Origin: Ramazzottius varieornatus
Taxonomy: Eukaryota; Animalia; Tardigrada
Direction: 5' to 3'
DNA: 64,000 nt
Assembly (NCBI GenBank): GCA_001949185.1
Contig: BDGG01000001.1
Location: 62,001 to 126,000, forward strand
Position 1 is the first letter of the stretch. Every line of letters begins with the position of its first letter. Below are positions 39,080 to 52,600 of the stretch, piece by piece. The notes beneath the pieces are model-generated. The model ran no database searches and had not been told where the DNA came from. It worked only from the letters and a program-made list of their open reading frames with translations. A program made the translations under genes and the position numbers.

Positions 39080-41800
39080 TGATAGCTTTACTCGTGTATG
39101 ATCGCCAGCAAATAGCTCAGCCTAAGTTGAAAAAATGCGGCAAGAGAGCCAGAGAAAAAGTTCCAAAATGTAAAACACGACTACTCCAAACAATCATCGA
39201 TGTTCTTCACACACCAAGAGAAGTTCCGCAAATCAAGTCGGTCGAGCGAAGACTTGAATGCCGGCAGACTTTCGCAGCTCCTAGGCGACGGACAGAAGTA
39301 TTTTTCATTGACCATTTCACAGGCTACGTGGGCAAAACTGTCAGAAACTACTTTCAGAAGGTCTAGTTCTTTGATTATTGATGTTGGCACGAGCCGAACT
39401 CTGTCTTGCAAAGCTTTTGCTGAATTCTGGCTCCTTGTCGTTGCCCGAGCAGGAAGATGCTGTGTCCTGTCAGCAGCTGTTAGCAGATGTCAATCAGGAA
39501 ACCCATTCGTCCAGATCTTGAATGCATTCACCATCACGGCCTTCGCTCTCCTCTCCCACAGGTACTTCCACTGAACATCCGTCAAATGTTGACGATACTG
39601 GCTGAAGTCGCTGTCGTGTTGGCCTTTTAGGAGTCTGCTCAAGCGAATGCTCCTAAGGAAATCCTTTTGTACTTGCTCCAGTTGCCTTTGGTGCTTGTGG
39701 CTCGCAGGGTTCCACACCGAGCACGTATATTCGGTGACGAGGCGAACTAGGATCTTGTACAGCATCTGCTTGGCGGTACCAAACTGAGCCGGGAAGCATG
39801 AGCGGATGACGTGGAGGCGTTTCCGGCACTTTGCTGTCGCTGCATCAACCTGCGCAGTCCGGTTCAGTTTGTTGTCCGGTACCACGCCCAAACATGTTGA
39901 CTGGCTCTCCGTCGGCATCTTCTGGCCGTCGATGGAGTAACCGTAATTAAGGACTGAAGGATATGTTGCGACTTGCTTGGGTTTTGGGCGCAGCCTGGCT
40001 CCTGCACAGTTCTCTCCCAGTTGGACCAGGCATTCTTGAAGAGCTTGACAGTCTTCCAGCTTTCCAACCATACGATTTGCTACAAAGTTATCAGCATACT
40101 GGAAAAGCTCGCACTTGACCGACTCGGAGAGCCTATTCACTGCAACAATGAAAAACAGGAGACCGAGAACGGAGACTTAGGTAACACTTGACCGGACCTC
40201 GCTGTAATCACTGTAGTAGCCTCCGACAGTTACTCGTTGGGTTCTTCCTCGTAGGTAGTGGGAAAGCAGCTGCAGCAGGTCGCCGATGATGGCATGGGCT
40301 TGCAGGCTACGGACCAGCACTTCGTGGGGGACTCGATCGAACGCCTTGGTGCAGTCGAGGAAGACCGCTTCGACCTCTTTCCTCTCGGACAACGCTTGAG
40401 ACTACTGATGGAGCATTTGCAGGAGCTGCGCTTCTATCGACCTCTTTGCCCTGAAACCAAACTGCTTTGTGGTCAACAAACGGTTTTCCTCCGAAAAGCT
40501 CAGTTTTCTTAGCTAAAACTTGCTTGAAATTTTCGGACGAAGGTGGTAAAAGCAAGATTGATCTTCAGGTGGCGCCACCTTTCTTCGGCACAGAAACCAC
40601 ATCGGCCTTCTTCCAGGAGGTGGGATAATGCTTGGTGGAAAGGACAAGGTGGAAGAGGCGAGTGAGGGGATACACCAGGGCTAGAACAGCTGCTTTCATC
40701 AAAGCATTCGTGAGGAGCGACGAACCTGCAGCTTTCTTCACAGGCATTCTTTTCAGAACGTTCCAAACTTCCGGTGCGGATACCGTTGGCAGCCAATGTT
40801 TGCATCTTGTTACGGTTGACTGGATCCCGTGGATTGGTTGACGATGTTCCCCGCACTGGCCTTTTTCTTTCAGGAAGACGCGATGCGGTCTGCACCATCC
40901 TTTGGAAGGACATGTATTTCTCGTTGTCGCCAGGTAGAGGGATGAGTGGTAGGCTTTCGGACTTGGACGATCGCTTGACATGTTTCCACAGCACATCGGG
41001 GCATCTTCTCGACAGGGTGACGATGCTTCGGAGTTTCCTTGCCTTCGTTGCCTTCAAGAGCCTTTTGGTTTCTCTTGCACGGTCCACCCAGCAGCTGTAG
41101 TCCGTCGAATCTTTTGGCTTGGAGAGTGATGGTCGGTTCGAACTTCTCGATCCGACCTTGTTCTTCTTCTGCGAAACCGCTTCTGCGAAATTTCTACCAG
41201 CTTGGCTCCAAACGTAACGGCAGCCACATTCGAGTTAAACTCAGTAATCAAGGAATCCGCAACACCGTCATCAACCCATGCTTCAGCGAAGCATCCAATG
41301 TCCACTTCGCCTTCTGTCCACGCCTTCAGTTCTTCCGTCTTGCATTCATTCCACTCCGTTCAGATTCGCGTACCGAAGAGTCAAACGCTTCCCGAGTTCC
41401 CCATCAGAGGTCCCTTGGATGCTGGTCATTGAGATGGTGCAGCTCCGGCTAGCCCGATAGCGTTCCAGAGTTCGCCAGACCAGATAGATCTTCAGAAATA
41501 CATGGCTTCTACCCCCGAGGAATCTTTCTAGATACCCTGGGGCCACAATAGTCCAAATGGGAAGGACTTGTACAAAAGGTAGACGCTGATAATGTTCCGG
41601 TCGTAGCTCGAGCGATAGACCACGCTCAAAGCTCTCTAAAAGAACGCGACGGGCTTCCTCAGAAAGTTCGGGTGGATCTCCATGGATGTTCTAACTGTAC
41701 CTCTTCCCAGCGGATGAAGAATGTACGGGCTGATGGATCTGGTTTGGCAGAAGTTCTCTGGTTTCCGGCCATCCTGGGGATTAACTGATCACGGTCGTTT
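39080..41800 (-). mobile_element. Decayed LINE, copy C (same family as A and B)
   Basis: FLDCTKAFDRVPH, FQYADN, many frameshifts and deletions; 3' UTR and ORF1 end shared with copy A. Confidence 0.88.
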
Positions 41801-41899
41801 CAGCAACGTTTTCTATGTAAAGTCCGCTGAGTAAGGTGGATATACGGCTAAAGTCTGTGTACTGACCGGCAGGAAAGCATTTTTGATGTTTTTTCTGTT

Positions 41900-42905
41900 C
41901 AGCCGAGATTTTGCAAATGATTCAACTGTCCAGGATTGTGCTTCGAAGTTGAGGTACTTTTCGAGACAAGCACAGAGAGGCTTGACCAGTCAGCTCCCAC
42001 CATCCACCTCCAGAGCATCTTTGAGCTCTATCGGTTCAGCTCTGGTCAGTGTGTCAGGCACAATTACTGGGGCTGTTTAGCCGCCTGTCTTGACCGCTTC
42101 CTTGCATTGAATAATAAACACCTTCAACCCCAAATAGCGCTTGTTCTTCCACGAAATTTACAGGGCAGCAAACACTTCTTTCTGCCTGTTCCATGCCTTT
42201 TATGATTGATGAAGCCTCTCTTCTTTCCATTTGAAGTTTTGATGGCCAATCGCTCATTCTCGCGTTTCGTCTCGGTCCACGGCATTTCGCACGGACATTA
42301 TCTCGGTGCTTGGGGCTCCCGTACACGCTGTTTTACCTTGTCTCCGTCTTCTATTTTACTCATTCCTTCCTGCTGTCAATTATTTTCTTGGGGCTAGGCT
42401 CTGTGAGCCCCATGTTTGTCGTTGCAAAAAACTTGTCAACGAGCTGGGGCGCCACGGCTTGTCTTGCCAGTTGGGTGCCGGACGTCATTCTAGACCTTCC
42501 GCTCTGAATGACTCCCTTCATCGTGCCCTCATCAGCTGTAAAGTCCCGAACGTTCTTGAGCCCAACAGGATCCTGAGGGACGACCAGAAACGACCTGACG
42601 GACTAACGCTCATCCCGCGGCAACAAGGTAAGGCTCTTGTCTGGGATGTAACCTGTGTTGACACTCTTGCAGAAAAAAACCTGCGAGGATCAGCGGTGCA
42701 GCCCGGTTTTGCCGCCAATAAGGCGGAAGAGCTCAAGAGACACAAGTACCGCGAGCTGGATGGTCGCTACCTGTTCTGTCCAGTGGCGTTCGAAACTTTC
42801 GGTCCTTTCGGGAACAAAGCATCCAGCCTTATCCAGCAGATAGGCAAAAGAATAGCAGAAGCCACCGGCGAAACAGGATCTCTCGTTTTTGAATTTGACC
42901 ATTAA
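41900..42905 (+). mobile_element. 3' fragment of an RLE-type (CRE/R2-group) non-LTR retrotransposon
   Basis: Zinc knuckle C.C...HGLSC, RHSR..LND, and restriction-like endonuclease RPDG...WDVTC...K..KY...VAFETFG. Confidence 0.82.
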
Positions 42906-44234
42906 AAAATTATAGTTGATGTTCTGAACCAAGAGCTCTCACTCAAGACCGCTTGTCATATAGCCAATTCTTTGCACTGATTCTTTGGATGACAAAATTG
43001 CAAGGTCTTGTCAAACAAGTGGATGAGAATGTTTTGTAATCCTCTCAAAATCTGAAAAAGTTGCCGGTGCTCGCTAACCCAGTATTGGCGGAAAGCCTTT
43101 CCCCACTCAAGTTTCCCTAAATTGGTCCAAAAGCGTTTCGGATTTAGATGGATCAATGACTCGGTTTCCGGTTGATGCTTTGAGTTGCCGAAAAAGTTTC
43201 CCAACTATTGCAAGAAACCTTGTTTTCAGGCGTGCACCCTGTATTTTGGCTCAATTCCGCAACGGTAGCTGTATCAGTGAATCAGCAAGTGATACAGACG
43301 AGCACTGCTTTTTTCCCAGAAGTGAGACTACCGTTAAACAAATTCGAATCACCAGTTCTAGTTCGAAAGGACAGAATAGAAAAATGAGTTTGTTCAAGAG
43401 GGAGAAACTGAAAAGTTCGCCTCGGATCAGCTGCGCGGCTGCACCCTCTCTACTCCTGGGTTGATTCTCGACTTCGTACAGACATTCTTTCTGGGCAAGT
43501 TATTTCTAAAGGGTAGCTACAGGAATACTAAAGTAAGAAATAAATTGTCGTGAGGACCAGCCCACACGCAGTCGAGAGCGCCGTGAATATCCTGAGGTAG
43601 TAGTTACTTGGTCCATCCGCACTGTATAATCTACGCGGTATTCAGCGATGGATAAAATTCAGAACACTTGTGATAAATCACGGTAACATTTGTCACATCT
43701 TTAATGACGAAATTACCAAAAGATTTGGGTGTGGAAGAGCCGCAGCATCTTCCCCTGTTTTACAAGCTAACTAAAAACTCAAATCCTGAGCAAGAAAGAA
43801 TGCATAATGTCTTATTTGGTTCACCTATTGTAGCAGAAGCGGTAGTTTTATTGGTGTTTTTACAGTTCAGGGTTAGCTAATTATCAAGTTGATATGCGAG
43901 TGTGATCCTTGCTCGTGCCTTTTTAACCATACTGACGAACCCTTCCGGAAAAACACCATCCCATTAAAGAAAGAGGGAGTTAAGAAAAAATAGCTTGCAA
44001 TTGCTTTAGCTGATCAGATGAGTGAATGCAAGGGTGGTTTCTCCTGAGTTGACCGGATAGGGATCAGTACCGGTTCAAAGTTTGCAGATCGGAGTGTCGG
44101 ATGGAGAGTTACGAATTTTCGACCGAGAAGGTAGAGGAGTCGGTTTTTTCTTGTAGGCAGTGTATATGTTTATTGGACGTGAATCTCACACAACGGGCCC
44201 ACGTGTGGTTCATGCAGTATGTGATATTCATGTA

Positions 44235-44833
44235 CCATTGCCGAAGTATTNNNNNNNNNNNNNNNNNNNNNNNNNNNNNNNNNNNNNNNNNNNNNNNNNN
44301 NNNNNNNNNNNNNNNNNNNNNNNNNNNNNNNNNNNNNNNNNNNNNNNNNNNNNNNNNNNNNNNNNNNNNNNNNNNNNNNNNNNNNNNNNNNNNNNNNNNN
44401 NNNNNNNNNNNNNNNNNNNNNNNNNNNNNNNNNNNNNNNNNNNNNNNNNNNNNNNNNNNNNNNNNNNNNNNNNNNNNNNNNNNNNNNNNNNNNNNNNNNN
44501 NNNNNNNNNNNNNNNNNNNNNNNNNNNNNNNNNNNNNNNNNNNNNNNNNNNNNNNNNNNNNNNNNNNNNNNNNNNNNNNNNNNNNNNNNNNNNNNNNNNN
44601 NNNNNNNNNNNNNNNNNNNNNNNNNNNNNNNNNNNNNNNNNNNNNNNNNNNNNNNNNNNNNNNNNNNNNNNNNNNNNNNNNNNNNNNNNNNNNNNNNNNN
44701 NNNNNNNNNNNNNNNNNNNNNNNNNNNNNNNNNNNNNNNNNNNNNNNNNNNNNNNNNNNNNNNNNNNNNNNNNNNNNNNNNNNNNNNNNNNNNNNNNNNN
44801 NNNNNNNNNNNNNCAACAATACTTCGGCAATGG
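44235..44833. mobile_element. TA-flanked TIR element spanning the assembly gap
   Basis: TA|CCATTGCCGAAGTATT-[N]-AATACTTCGGCAATGG|TA, a perfect 16-bp inverted pair. Confidence 0.65.
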
Positions 44834-44857
44834 TATGTCACAGACGTAAACCAGGAC

Positions 44858-45099
44858 CAGTGACGGCCCATTGAATTCTAATTCTGTTTAGCAGGTGGAC
44901 ATCAAATGTCTGGCGGTTCCGTACTGTCAGCTCGGGTTGGGTTGCACTAAAGAAAGCCGAAGAGAGCTTTTTGTTGTATTCTCTACTCGGTCCATATCCA
45001 AATTCATCCCGGCCCGATTATCGGTTGGGCTCCCACGCCGAGGCCAGACAGATGAATCTCCAACTGCTAAACAAATTAAGATTCAATGGGCCACCACTG
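44858..45099. mobile_element. hAT-like MITE
   Basis: CAGTG...CACTG ends with ~35-bp TIRs; degenerate 8-bp TSD ACCAGGAC/ACCAAGAT. Confidence 0.82.
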
Positions 45100-45426
45100 A
45101 CCAAGATTACCCCCACAGTGCACCCAAACTGCTCTGCAACAGACCAGGACTAATCCCCAATGTTATAAGGTTCGGAGGCTCGTCAGAACAAGGCACCCTA
45201 ATTTAACGCTGTTGCATCACCCTTGAAACCTGATACTGTTGAGTGTTGACGAGCCAGGTAACCGGCGTATTCATTGCAGTGTGCACGTATACACTTCTCT
45301 ACACCTGTAGAGACACAATCAACTTGGCGAAAACTACGACTAAAATTTTTAACGCTTGTTGATCGATCCTTACGATGACGATTTTAGAAAAGAACCTTAT
45401 TGAGTACTTTCTAGACGTAAGGGTTA

Positions 45427-45568
45427 CTGTAACGCTTCTTCAAATTCGCGAAACACGTCATAATACGCGCGAAACATCCCCCGGGGGTTGGTCGGGTATA
45501 GCCACCGGAACGGGGTTTAACTCCACGCGTACGATCACGTGATTCGCGAAGTTCAAGAAGTATTACAG
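45427..45568. mobile_element. Short CTGTA-ended MITE (relatives at 46421-46546 and 54433-54562)
   Basis: TA|CTGTAACGCTTCTTCAAATTCGCGAA ... TTCGCGAAGTTCAAGAAGTATTACAG|TA. Confidence 0.8.
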
Positions 45569-45629
45569 TACTGTTCGCTCAATAGGAATGACCAGTTTTT
45601 GGTTATCTCTATCAGACTAAAGGCTGTAC

Positions 45630-46184
45630 CAGTGTTGTATCAGTTCGTGGACTGGAACGCTGTGATGGCAGTTCTTTCCTATTCCAGTTCCGCCACTGGA
45701 ATAGGAAATGAAACGTTTTTCGAGGAACTGAAACTGGAATTGAAAGAACTGAAACAGAAGTACTGGAACTGGAACAGGAGCTGGATTTTTGGGAGGACCA
45801 GAACTGAGACTACGGATCTGAATTCCAGTTCCTGCCGCATTGTCCACATGAGGGTAGAAACGCGATGAAGCACGTTATGACCCATTCTGACATACATGCA
45901 GACTACTTGGAAGTCGAGCAACAAGCCAAAAGGCAAAAGAAAGCTAACACATGCGACAAACATGGCGGAACTTTATAGATTCTATTTCAGTTCTTTTGAT
46001 TTCAAGTCCCGTTCCGGCACTGGAATTGGAACAAGAACTGAGATTTCGCACCGAACAAGTACTGAAATCAAAAAGAATTGAAATGGAAATTTCGCAACTG
46101 GAATAAGAATAATAACTAGAATTCCTAAGGTCGGAGAACTGGAATAGGAACTGAAACCCCAAAACAGAAGCTGACGCAACACTG
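45630..46184. mobile_element. Non-autonomous hAT-like element with GGAACT/GGAAT subterminal repeats
   Basis: CAGTGTTG...CAACACTG termini; near-TSD GGCTGTAC/GCTGTAAC; dense GAACTG/GGAAT motifs in both orientations. Confidence 0.75.
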
Positions 46185-47536
46185 GCTGTAACGCTAATTA
46201 ACGTTCTACGATGAAAGAAGCGTTTTTAGGATTTCTGATAGCTTCGAGAAGTGATCGTCACATTTTTTCCAGCTTGTTCATAGCTTCAGCTTATTACACA
46301 AAAGCAGTGATTTCAGACGCCTGCGAACGACGCTACAGAACTTTCCCGCCCGGGGTGCTTCTGCCCCATTCTTCAATTTTTCGAGACAGTCGTTTCCAAC
46401 ACAATGACAATGAGCGAATCTACAGTAACGCTTCTTGAACTTTGCGAACGGACGTCATAGTAAGTGGACGCAATATGCATCATTTCACCCGGAAACTCGA
46501 CGCGCACTGTGACGTCGGTTGGCGCAGTTCAAGAAGCAGCACAGTACTACTCCAATTCGCGCGGTCCCGACAACTCTATGAAAGTGCGGAAATTTAGTCG
46601 ATTTTTTCAGGACAAGGTAGTTTAGATACTCGCTGTATCTGCGGAGTACGTCATCGTACACGAGAAGTACAGCCGCAGACCGGTTTCACTGCCTGCGCCA
46701 CTCCCTACGGGGGTGCATCTTAATTAAAAATAGAATCAAATTTAATTTTGGTTAACGTGGCCTGACAACTGCCTTCCCACGACATCGCCCTTCCTCCTTC
46801 GTACTTCATACTGTTCCATGTCGGATCATATTTTTAAGGATCACTTAGTTTCTCGCACTCGATATCGATTTCCTCATCTGTACTTTCATCCTCACTGTAC
46901 AACGTAGCCTTCATTCTCCTTGCTCATGTTCACACTGACGAGCAAATTTCATTTCATTCGTTTTTTTCTCGTGTCCCCACACGAGAAGAATATTTTCCAC
47001 TTGCCCACCCTACATTCTATTTACTCATTCCCCGCTTAGTGAAGGGGCATTCGGATTCCCGTCGCATCCGAATCACGAGCGCCTCCATTCCGGCAAAATC
47101 ACTTCCGCGTTCGTTCAGTAAAGCCCGGCCACGCTAGTCAACGTACATGAAGGTACTGCGCCGACGCAGCGCATATTCACAGTGCGGTAATGCTTCATCA
47201 ATCTCTCGCATTTCGCCACAGTACGCATAGCCTGTTCGGGAATGGGTACGCGTACAGTACACGCGTGTTGTGACGAATATGCGTGAGATTGATGAAGCAC
47301 TACAGTATATGCAAGCAACCGTCGAGAGTTCAATACGAAAAGATTTACGAAAAAACTGAAACAGTGCGATTCAGGAAAAAATAAACGTCAGGTGGAGCAA
47401 CACCATGGGAAGGTAGACCTGCGCGAGCGATAAACCGTAAAGGGTACTTTGTCCTATAGGCGCATTCGTAAGAAATGGTCAGAAGCTCAATCTGGAAACT
47501 TCTATCAAGCCCGAAATAAACCGAACCTTAGAGTGC

Positions 47537-47925
47537 TCAGGTGAAAACAAGTACCAGGTGGAGCAACACCAGGAAAAAATAGAGCTGAGCAACCTACACA
47601 CCATGGCCGGTACTTTGTCGTTGGCCTGGATAGGCGTCCAGGCCGGGTGGAGACCATGGCAAGGTGTCCCTCCCGTTGCACAATGGCCTGTCACACATGC
47701 ACACCTCGAACCTTTTGACAGTCAGAGAGTTATAATCATAACCCAATATCCTCATCGGTAGTTTGTACAGATCTTCCACGTAGACGTTCTGCATAAATAT
47801 ACGAGCTGTCGACCGGAACTTAGCAAGGTCGGCAGGTGACGTGCATCTGTCTTTCTCCATAGGCCAGCCAGAATAGAACTCGCTGTGCACCGTCGCTAAA
47901 GACCGACAGTACTTTGCTGTGGAAT
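47537..47925 (-). pseudogene. Ly6/three-finger terminal exon, array copy 1; premature TAG before the GPI signal
   Basis: KYCRSL...DRCTSP...VCMCDRPLCN...GHGV*VAQLYFFLVLLHLVLVFT*; TAG at 47594-47596; no upstream exon found. Confidence 0.75.
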
Positions 47926-48632
47926 CTGCAAGGCGCAAGACAGATAAAAACGAGCGACCCCTGTGCTTGTTCGCCACAAAACAACAATTCGCACACAAAA
48001 GAGCGCATTTAAACTGGTATTGGGTCCACTTCAACTTCTATTAAGGGGAGGTTATCGTGTATTCTGGCCCTCTCGCCAAACAATTAGATACGGGAGACCA
48101 ACAAGTCGGCTCATCTAAACTATAAAACTTTTGTGGTATTTGGCCAGACTGAGCTATATCGAGTCGAGCGAGAGAGCGCGCCGACCGATACAGAAAGAAT
48201 ATGAAGGTACTCTCGCCTCGGTTACGTGCACAGACAAACCCCATGCTTAGAAAAACACATTCTTCTCGTATCGGCCTGCGAACTCACGCTGCAGGTGTTT
48301 GTTTGGAGATACTATTGTAACCGCGCGTACACCCGGAGACGATCGCAGTTCGCCGTGCACTTGCAATTGGATGGAAACCCAGTTTTTTCCACACTTTCGA
48401 ACGCAAAACAAACCAGTACATTCGCGCAGGTTCTCGCGGTGAAAGCACAGTGAGGCACATTGTCTGAATCGTGCGGCGCACCTCACCTCATTTGGACGGT
48501 GAAACCTCCTCCATCCCTTTTCTTTGATGTGTTCATAAGCCTTTTTCGAGACTGCATGCGTGATCGTGAGCAATGCCCAAATTCGATTTCAGAAATTTTA
48601 TCGGGTACCAAGAAAACTGATCCCCAGTTTGG

Positions 48633-49661
48633 TCAAGTGAATGCAAATGTCACGTCGAGTAACTGGAGGCGAAGCAAGAGGTGCTCAACCGACAGACAGT
48701 GGACAGTACCTGGTTCTTGGCTTGAGAAAGAGCTGGATGGTACCGTGTCCTGATCGTTGCACAAAGGCGTATCGCACGTGCACACTTTGAACTTTTCGAT
48801 GGTCGCAGGAGGATAAACAAAACCCTCTGCGATCACCATTGGTTTGTACACATCTTCCCAATAGCCGTTCGTCTGGAAAGTAGGAATCGTCAGGAACTTA
48901 GGGAAGTCGGCAGGGGACTGACATTTATTTTTCTCCACAGTCCAGCCACCGTAGAGCCCGCTATTCACCACCTCCAAAGTTTGACAATACTTCTTCTGTT
49001 TCTCTGCAAACCGCGAAACAACCGTAAAACCAACGACCCATGTGCGCGTTCGCTGTACAACAGAAACGTGCACACAATGCAGCGCATGTGCTGTGGAGCA
49101 TTGCCCATCGTCGAAAGATACCCAGCTCTTCCGTTCCAAAGCTCATATTTCGTTCCGACATTTCATCTTTTATCGCGCTTCGAACGACAGCTAAACTATT
49201 TGCATACACAAGTTGTGGTGTACGATTGGGAGATCACACAAAATTCAAGTTGGCGCGGCTTGGTCCACATTTTATGGCAAGCCGAGGGATACTGCACATG
49301 TTGCCATCGGCAAAACTCGCTGTGATTTGTCGAATATGGTAAAATTTATGGCCATAGAAAGCAGATGGTCAAGCAGAAAAAGAGTGCTGGGACGTTAGAT
49401 ATGAGCTTTTGAACGGAAAAGTAATGACACTCCTCAATACCAGCAGACACTGTGCATTGTAACTCTTTGCACTGCCTTTTTCTGCGCTTAACGACAGCAA
49501 GTTTTCTTCAGTCTCCGGTATTGGGACTCGGAAACGTCAGCACGTGCTTCTCGTGAAGGCACATTTGATCACTTGCATTACTCCACTACAGTCAGTTGGG
49601 TCCACCGGTTCGTCAATCTCTGCATAGTTTACCTGCTCGCACTGGTAGCAAGTCAGCTTTC
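48633..49661 (-). pseudogene. Ly6/three-finger gene, array copy 2
   Basis: Exon 49661-~49490 KLTCYQC...PTDCSG..QVIKC frameshifts to CLHEKHVLTF; terminal exon 49003-48633 is open (VCTCDTPLCN + tail). Confidence 0.75.
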
Positions 49662-52600
49662 CTGCAACGCGGAAAATTTCAGCGGACCGCAACGGCTGCT
49701 TTAGATGTAAAGCTGATCGTTTTCCTTCCTATTTCCGATACTGCACGCGGGAGGACTGCTGACCTAGGGTAGGGCTGACTCAACTGGGTCACTCGACATC
49801 TTCACTCGGTATCGACCCCACAATACCCTAATGTGTCCAAACCGTGACGACGGATAGAGAAGTCGAGGCATGATAAACGTTAGCTAGGAGCTACGGTAGT
49901 ACCATTTCCAGGCTGAAGCTCTTGCACTCATGTATTTCTCGCGGACGAGGATGGAGGCTTCATGTTCATGAATATTCTGAACAAGTCTGTTACTACTGCT
50001 CACTATTTAGACAGTTTAGTTGTTTTACATCCCGCTGAGCGATGTATGGGCGGCCGTATTCAGGCACCCCTGGTCTGCCTTAACAAGATGCGGTGAGCTT
50101 ATCTGGCTCTGTCAGAACATGCAATGTCGCTATTCGAACGAATGGAGGCAGATTAGAGACTTTACAATTTATCTAGAAGAATCAAACAAACGACAACGGA
50201 TTTCGAAAATGATGGATTATAAAGCATTCTCCAGAACCGGTGAAAGGTTGTGAAACGCGATCCAGTTTGAGGAAAACGGTAGAATAAACGATTAATCTTG
50301 GCTGTGGTGGTTTGGTTGTTTGTGATTAGCCCACCAAGTTAAAATAGAGCTGGCTTAATTCCAGTTCCGATTGATCGTCCTGAGTGGTCGCCCTGCACTT
50401 CACGGGAACCGATTAGGCTTTCCAATGCCAGCCAAAGTAGTTCGATAAAGTCTGAATCGACGGAGAATTCTTTTCTTGATCCACAAACGATTCCCCACCC
50501 TTCGTTTCGTGAATCGGGAAGCAATTACTCATTTTCAATTTTTAAACATTTCTGATTGCAGTCGTTTGGGCCAAACTGTCGACTGATCAAACCATCTTCA
50601 CAAAACGCAAGGTCTCTACTAATCCAGGCAACATTGCGTCCATCAGAAGTGGTAATTTTCAGCACTGTTGGGCGGTGACATGTTAGTATTTTTGGTTCGA
50701 CAAGGAAGTGTCAAGGTCGATGTCCTAATTTATATATACGGCTATCCATTTATTTCCACCGTACGCTCTCGCGTTCGCCTAGTTTCAGTCTGAATTAGTT
50801 CAAACTTTGCCAAAAATTCAAGAATGTTGTCTAGCTGTCGCCAACGTAGTCGGTTTTCCAGTTTACTAGTTCAGAATTCGTTTTCTTCTTGCAATTTTCA
50901 TGTCGCCTGCATGTTTTCATGATGCGGCTCATTGCTTAGCAAACCAGCAAACACTTCAGGCAGCTCCATTCCCGACGTCTATGTGCGCTGTTACATAGAT
51001 CTTCTTGTGGTACTTTTCCCGATGGTTTCATGCGATGAACTCAACGAGGTTCGTCCCAGTTCCGTCCACTATTGATACTTGGTGGTTCAGACCTAACCGA
51101 ACTTCGCCTATGTTTCGCTGATCTAATGCTTTTGAGGGCAATGGTTTCCCAGTGGACCGAACTTCCCCGAATTCCACATTCGAAGCTGCAGAGAGTGATC
51201 GGTGGGCTAGATCAAAGTGAATCCGGCAGCGGCTGAGGCCGCGACACTCTTTGGCCTGTTAGTTAAGGTAAACGGGGAAAGGGGGGAGGGGGGCGAAGGT
51301 GAAACTTTCGACTTCGTAAATTCGAAAGAACGAGAAACGTATGACAGTCAAGCATCAAGTTATAAGAAGAAAACCGCTCGCAGGTCTTTGCATTCTGACC
51401 CTTCTCAATTTTGACCGCAACATCGACACTCGACAGTACTGCTTGCACCGTACACTGCGAATTTCTTATAGTTTTGTGTTTGGTATCAACCGATACTTCT
51501 TTCGGCTATCCGTAAAGAAGAAGAAAACCGTACGATTTGATTTGAATATTTCATCCAACGAAGTACATTGCGGGATGGTCACTGTTTCCATCTGATCGTC
51601 TGAGGGGAAGTAGAAAGCAAGGCTCCCTACTAACTTCGCACTGTCTCTCTGCATGCACCCTTCCATCGTCTCATCCAGCCGCGGTTCATGTGGTGAGTGA
51701 GCGGTTCCCTAGCTATTTGCGATAAATGCAAATTTTAGTACTGTAGTTTTCTGGCCTTAACCAAGTTTACCGCTGCGAGAGTGGCTTTGGTTAGATGTTT
51801 CCGGAAAGCTTGGTGCCACACTTTGGCGGAATCAGGCTGACCGAACGACCGAGTTCCAGAACTTCCGCGGTACCCGAAAAACCGTTGGACAGAACATACA
51901 TACTGCTCGAATTACTCTGCTAACTTTGCAATTCCTCTGTTGAATACCTAGCTGGAACGAAATCTCGAGGAAAGAATTTCAATTTTCTCGAAATCCTAGC
52001 CTCATTTGTGAAACAGTTTCATCGAGTGAATATCGACTTTGAGCTGGCACACCGAACACCCAATCTTCTAAAAATCTGGTTCTAGATCGGTCTGGATCGG
52101 TTCGCTAAAAGTCTAAGCCGGGAAAGCAGTACTTCCAGTAATTAGTCGACTGTTTCTGTTTTCTGCTTTTTCGGCTCAGATTTACGAAAGACCGAAAATA
52201 TTGATGTTAACGTAAGGGTATTCCGACTTGATCTATTTTTGATGTAATAAGCTGGGGCTGCCGGATTTCTAACATAATCTTAATAGACATAGTAATATGC
52301 CACGACCTGGGAGCATCTGATATGATGTCAATATATCGACTTGTTTCGTCGGGTTCTTTCTCACTCCCAACTCTGTTTTGGTGTTACGGAAGCCACGGAA
52401 CTGTTCTCTATAAATTATTTTGTGAAAGAAAAGACAACAGAGCGTTCGGAAACGCAAAACCGGACCTGGAGAAACGGGCAGCGTCACACTCAGGAATGCT
52501 CATTGTTAGTATGTACAGTAGGTGAATCGTGAAACTCATATTCCTACACTGTTCAGTCAAACGAAGCGTGACAATCAATCTATTACCCTGAACGTTCATC

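Noticed and set aside
44101-44874. Long ORFs on both strands
   Set aside because: Artefacts of the N gap.
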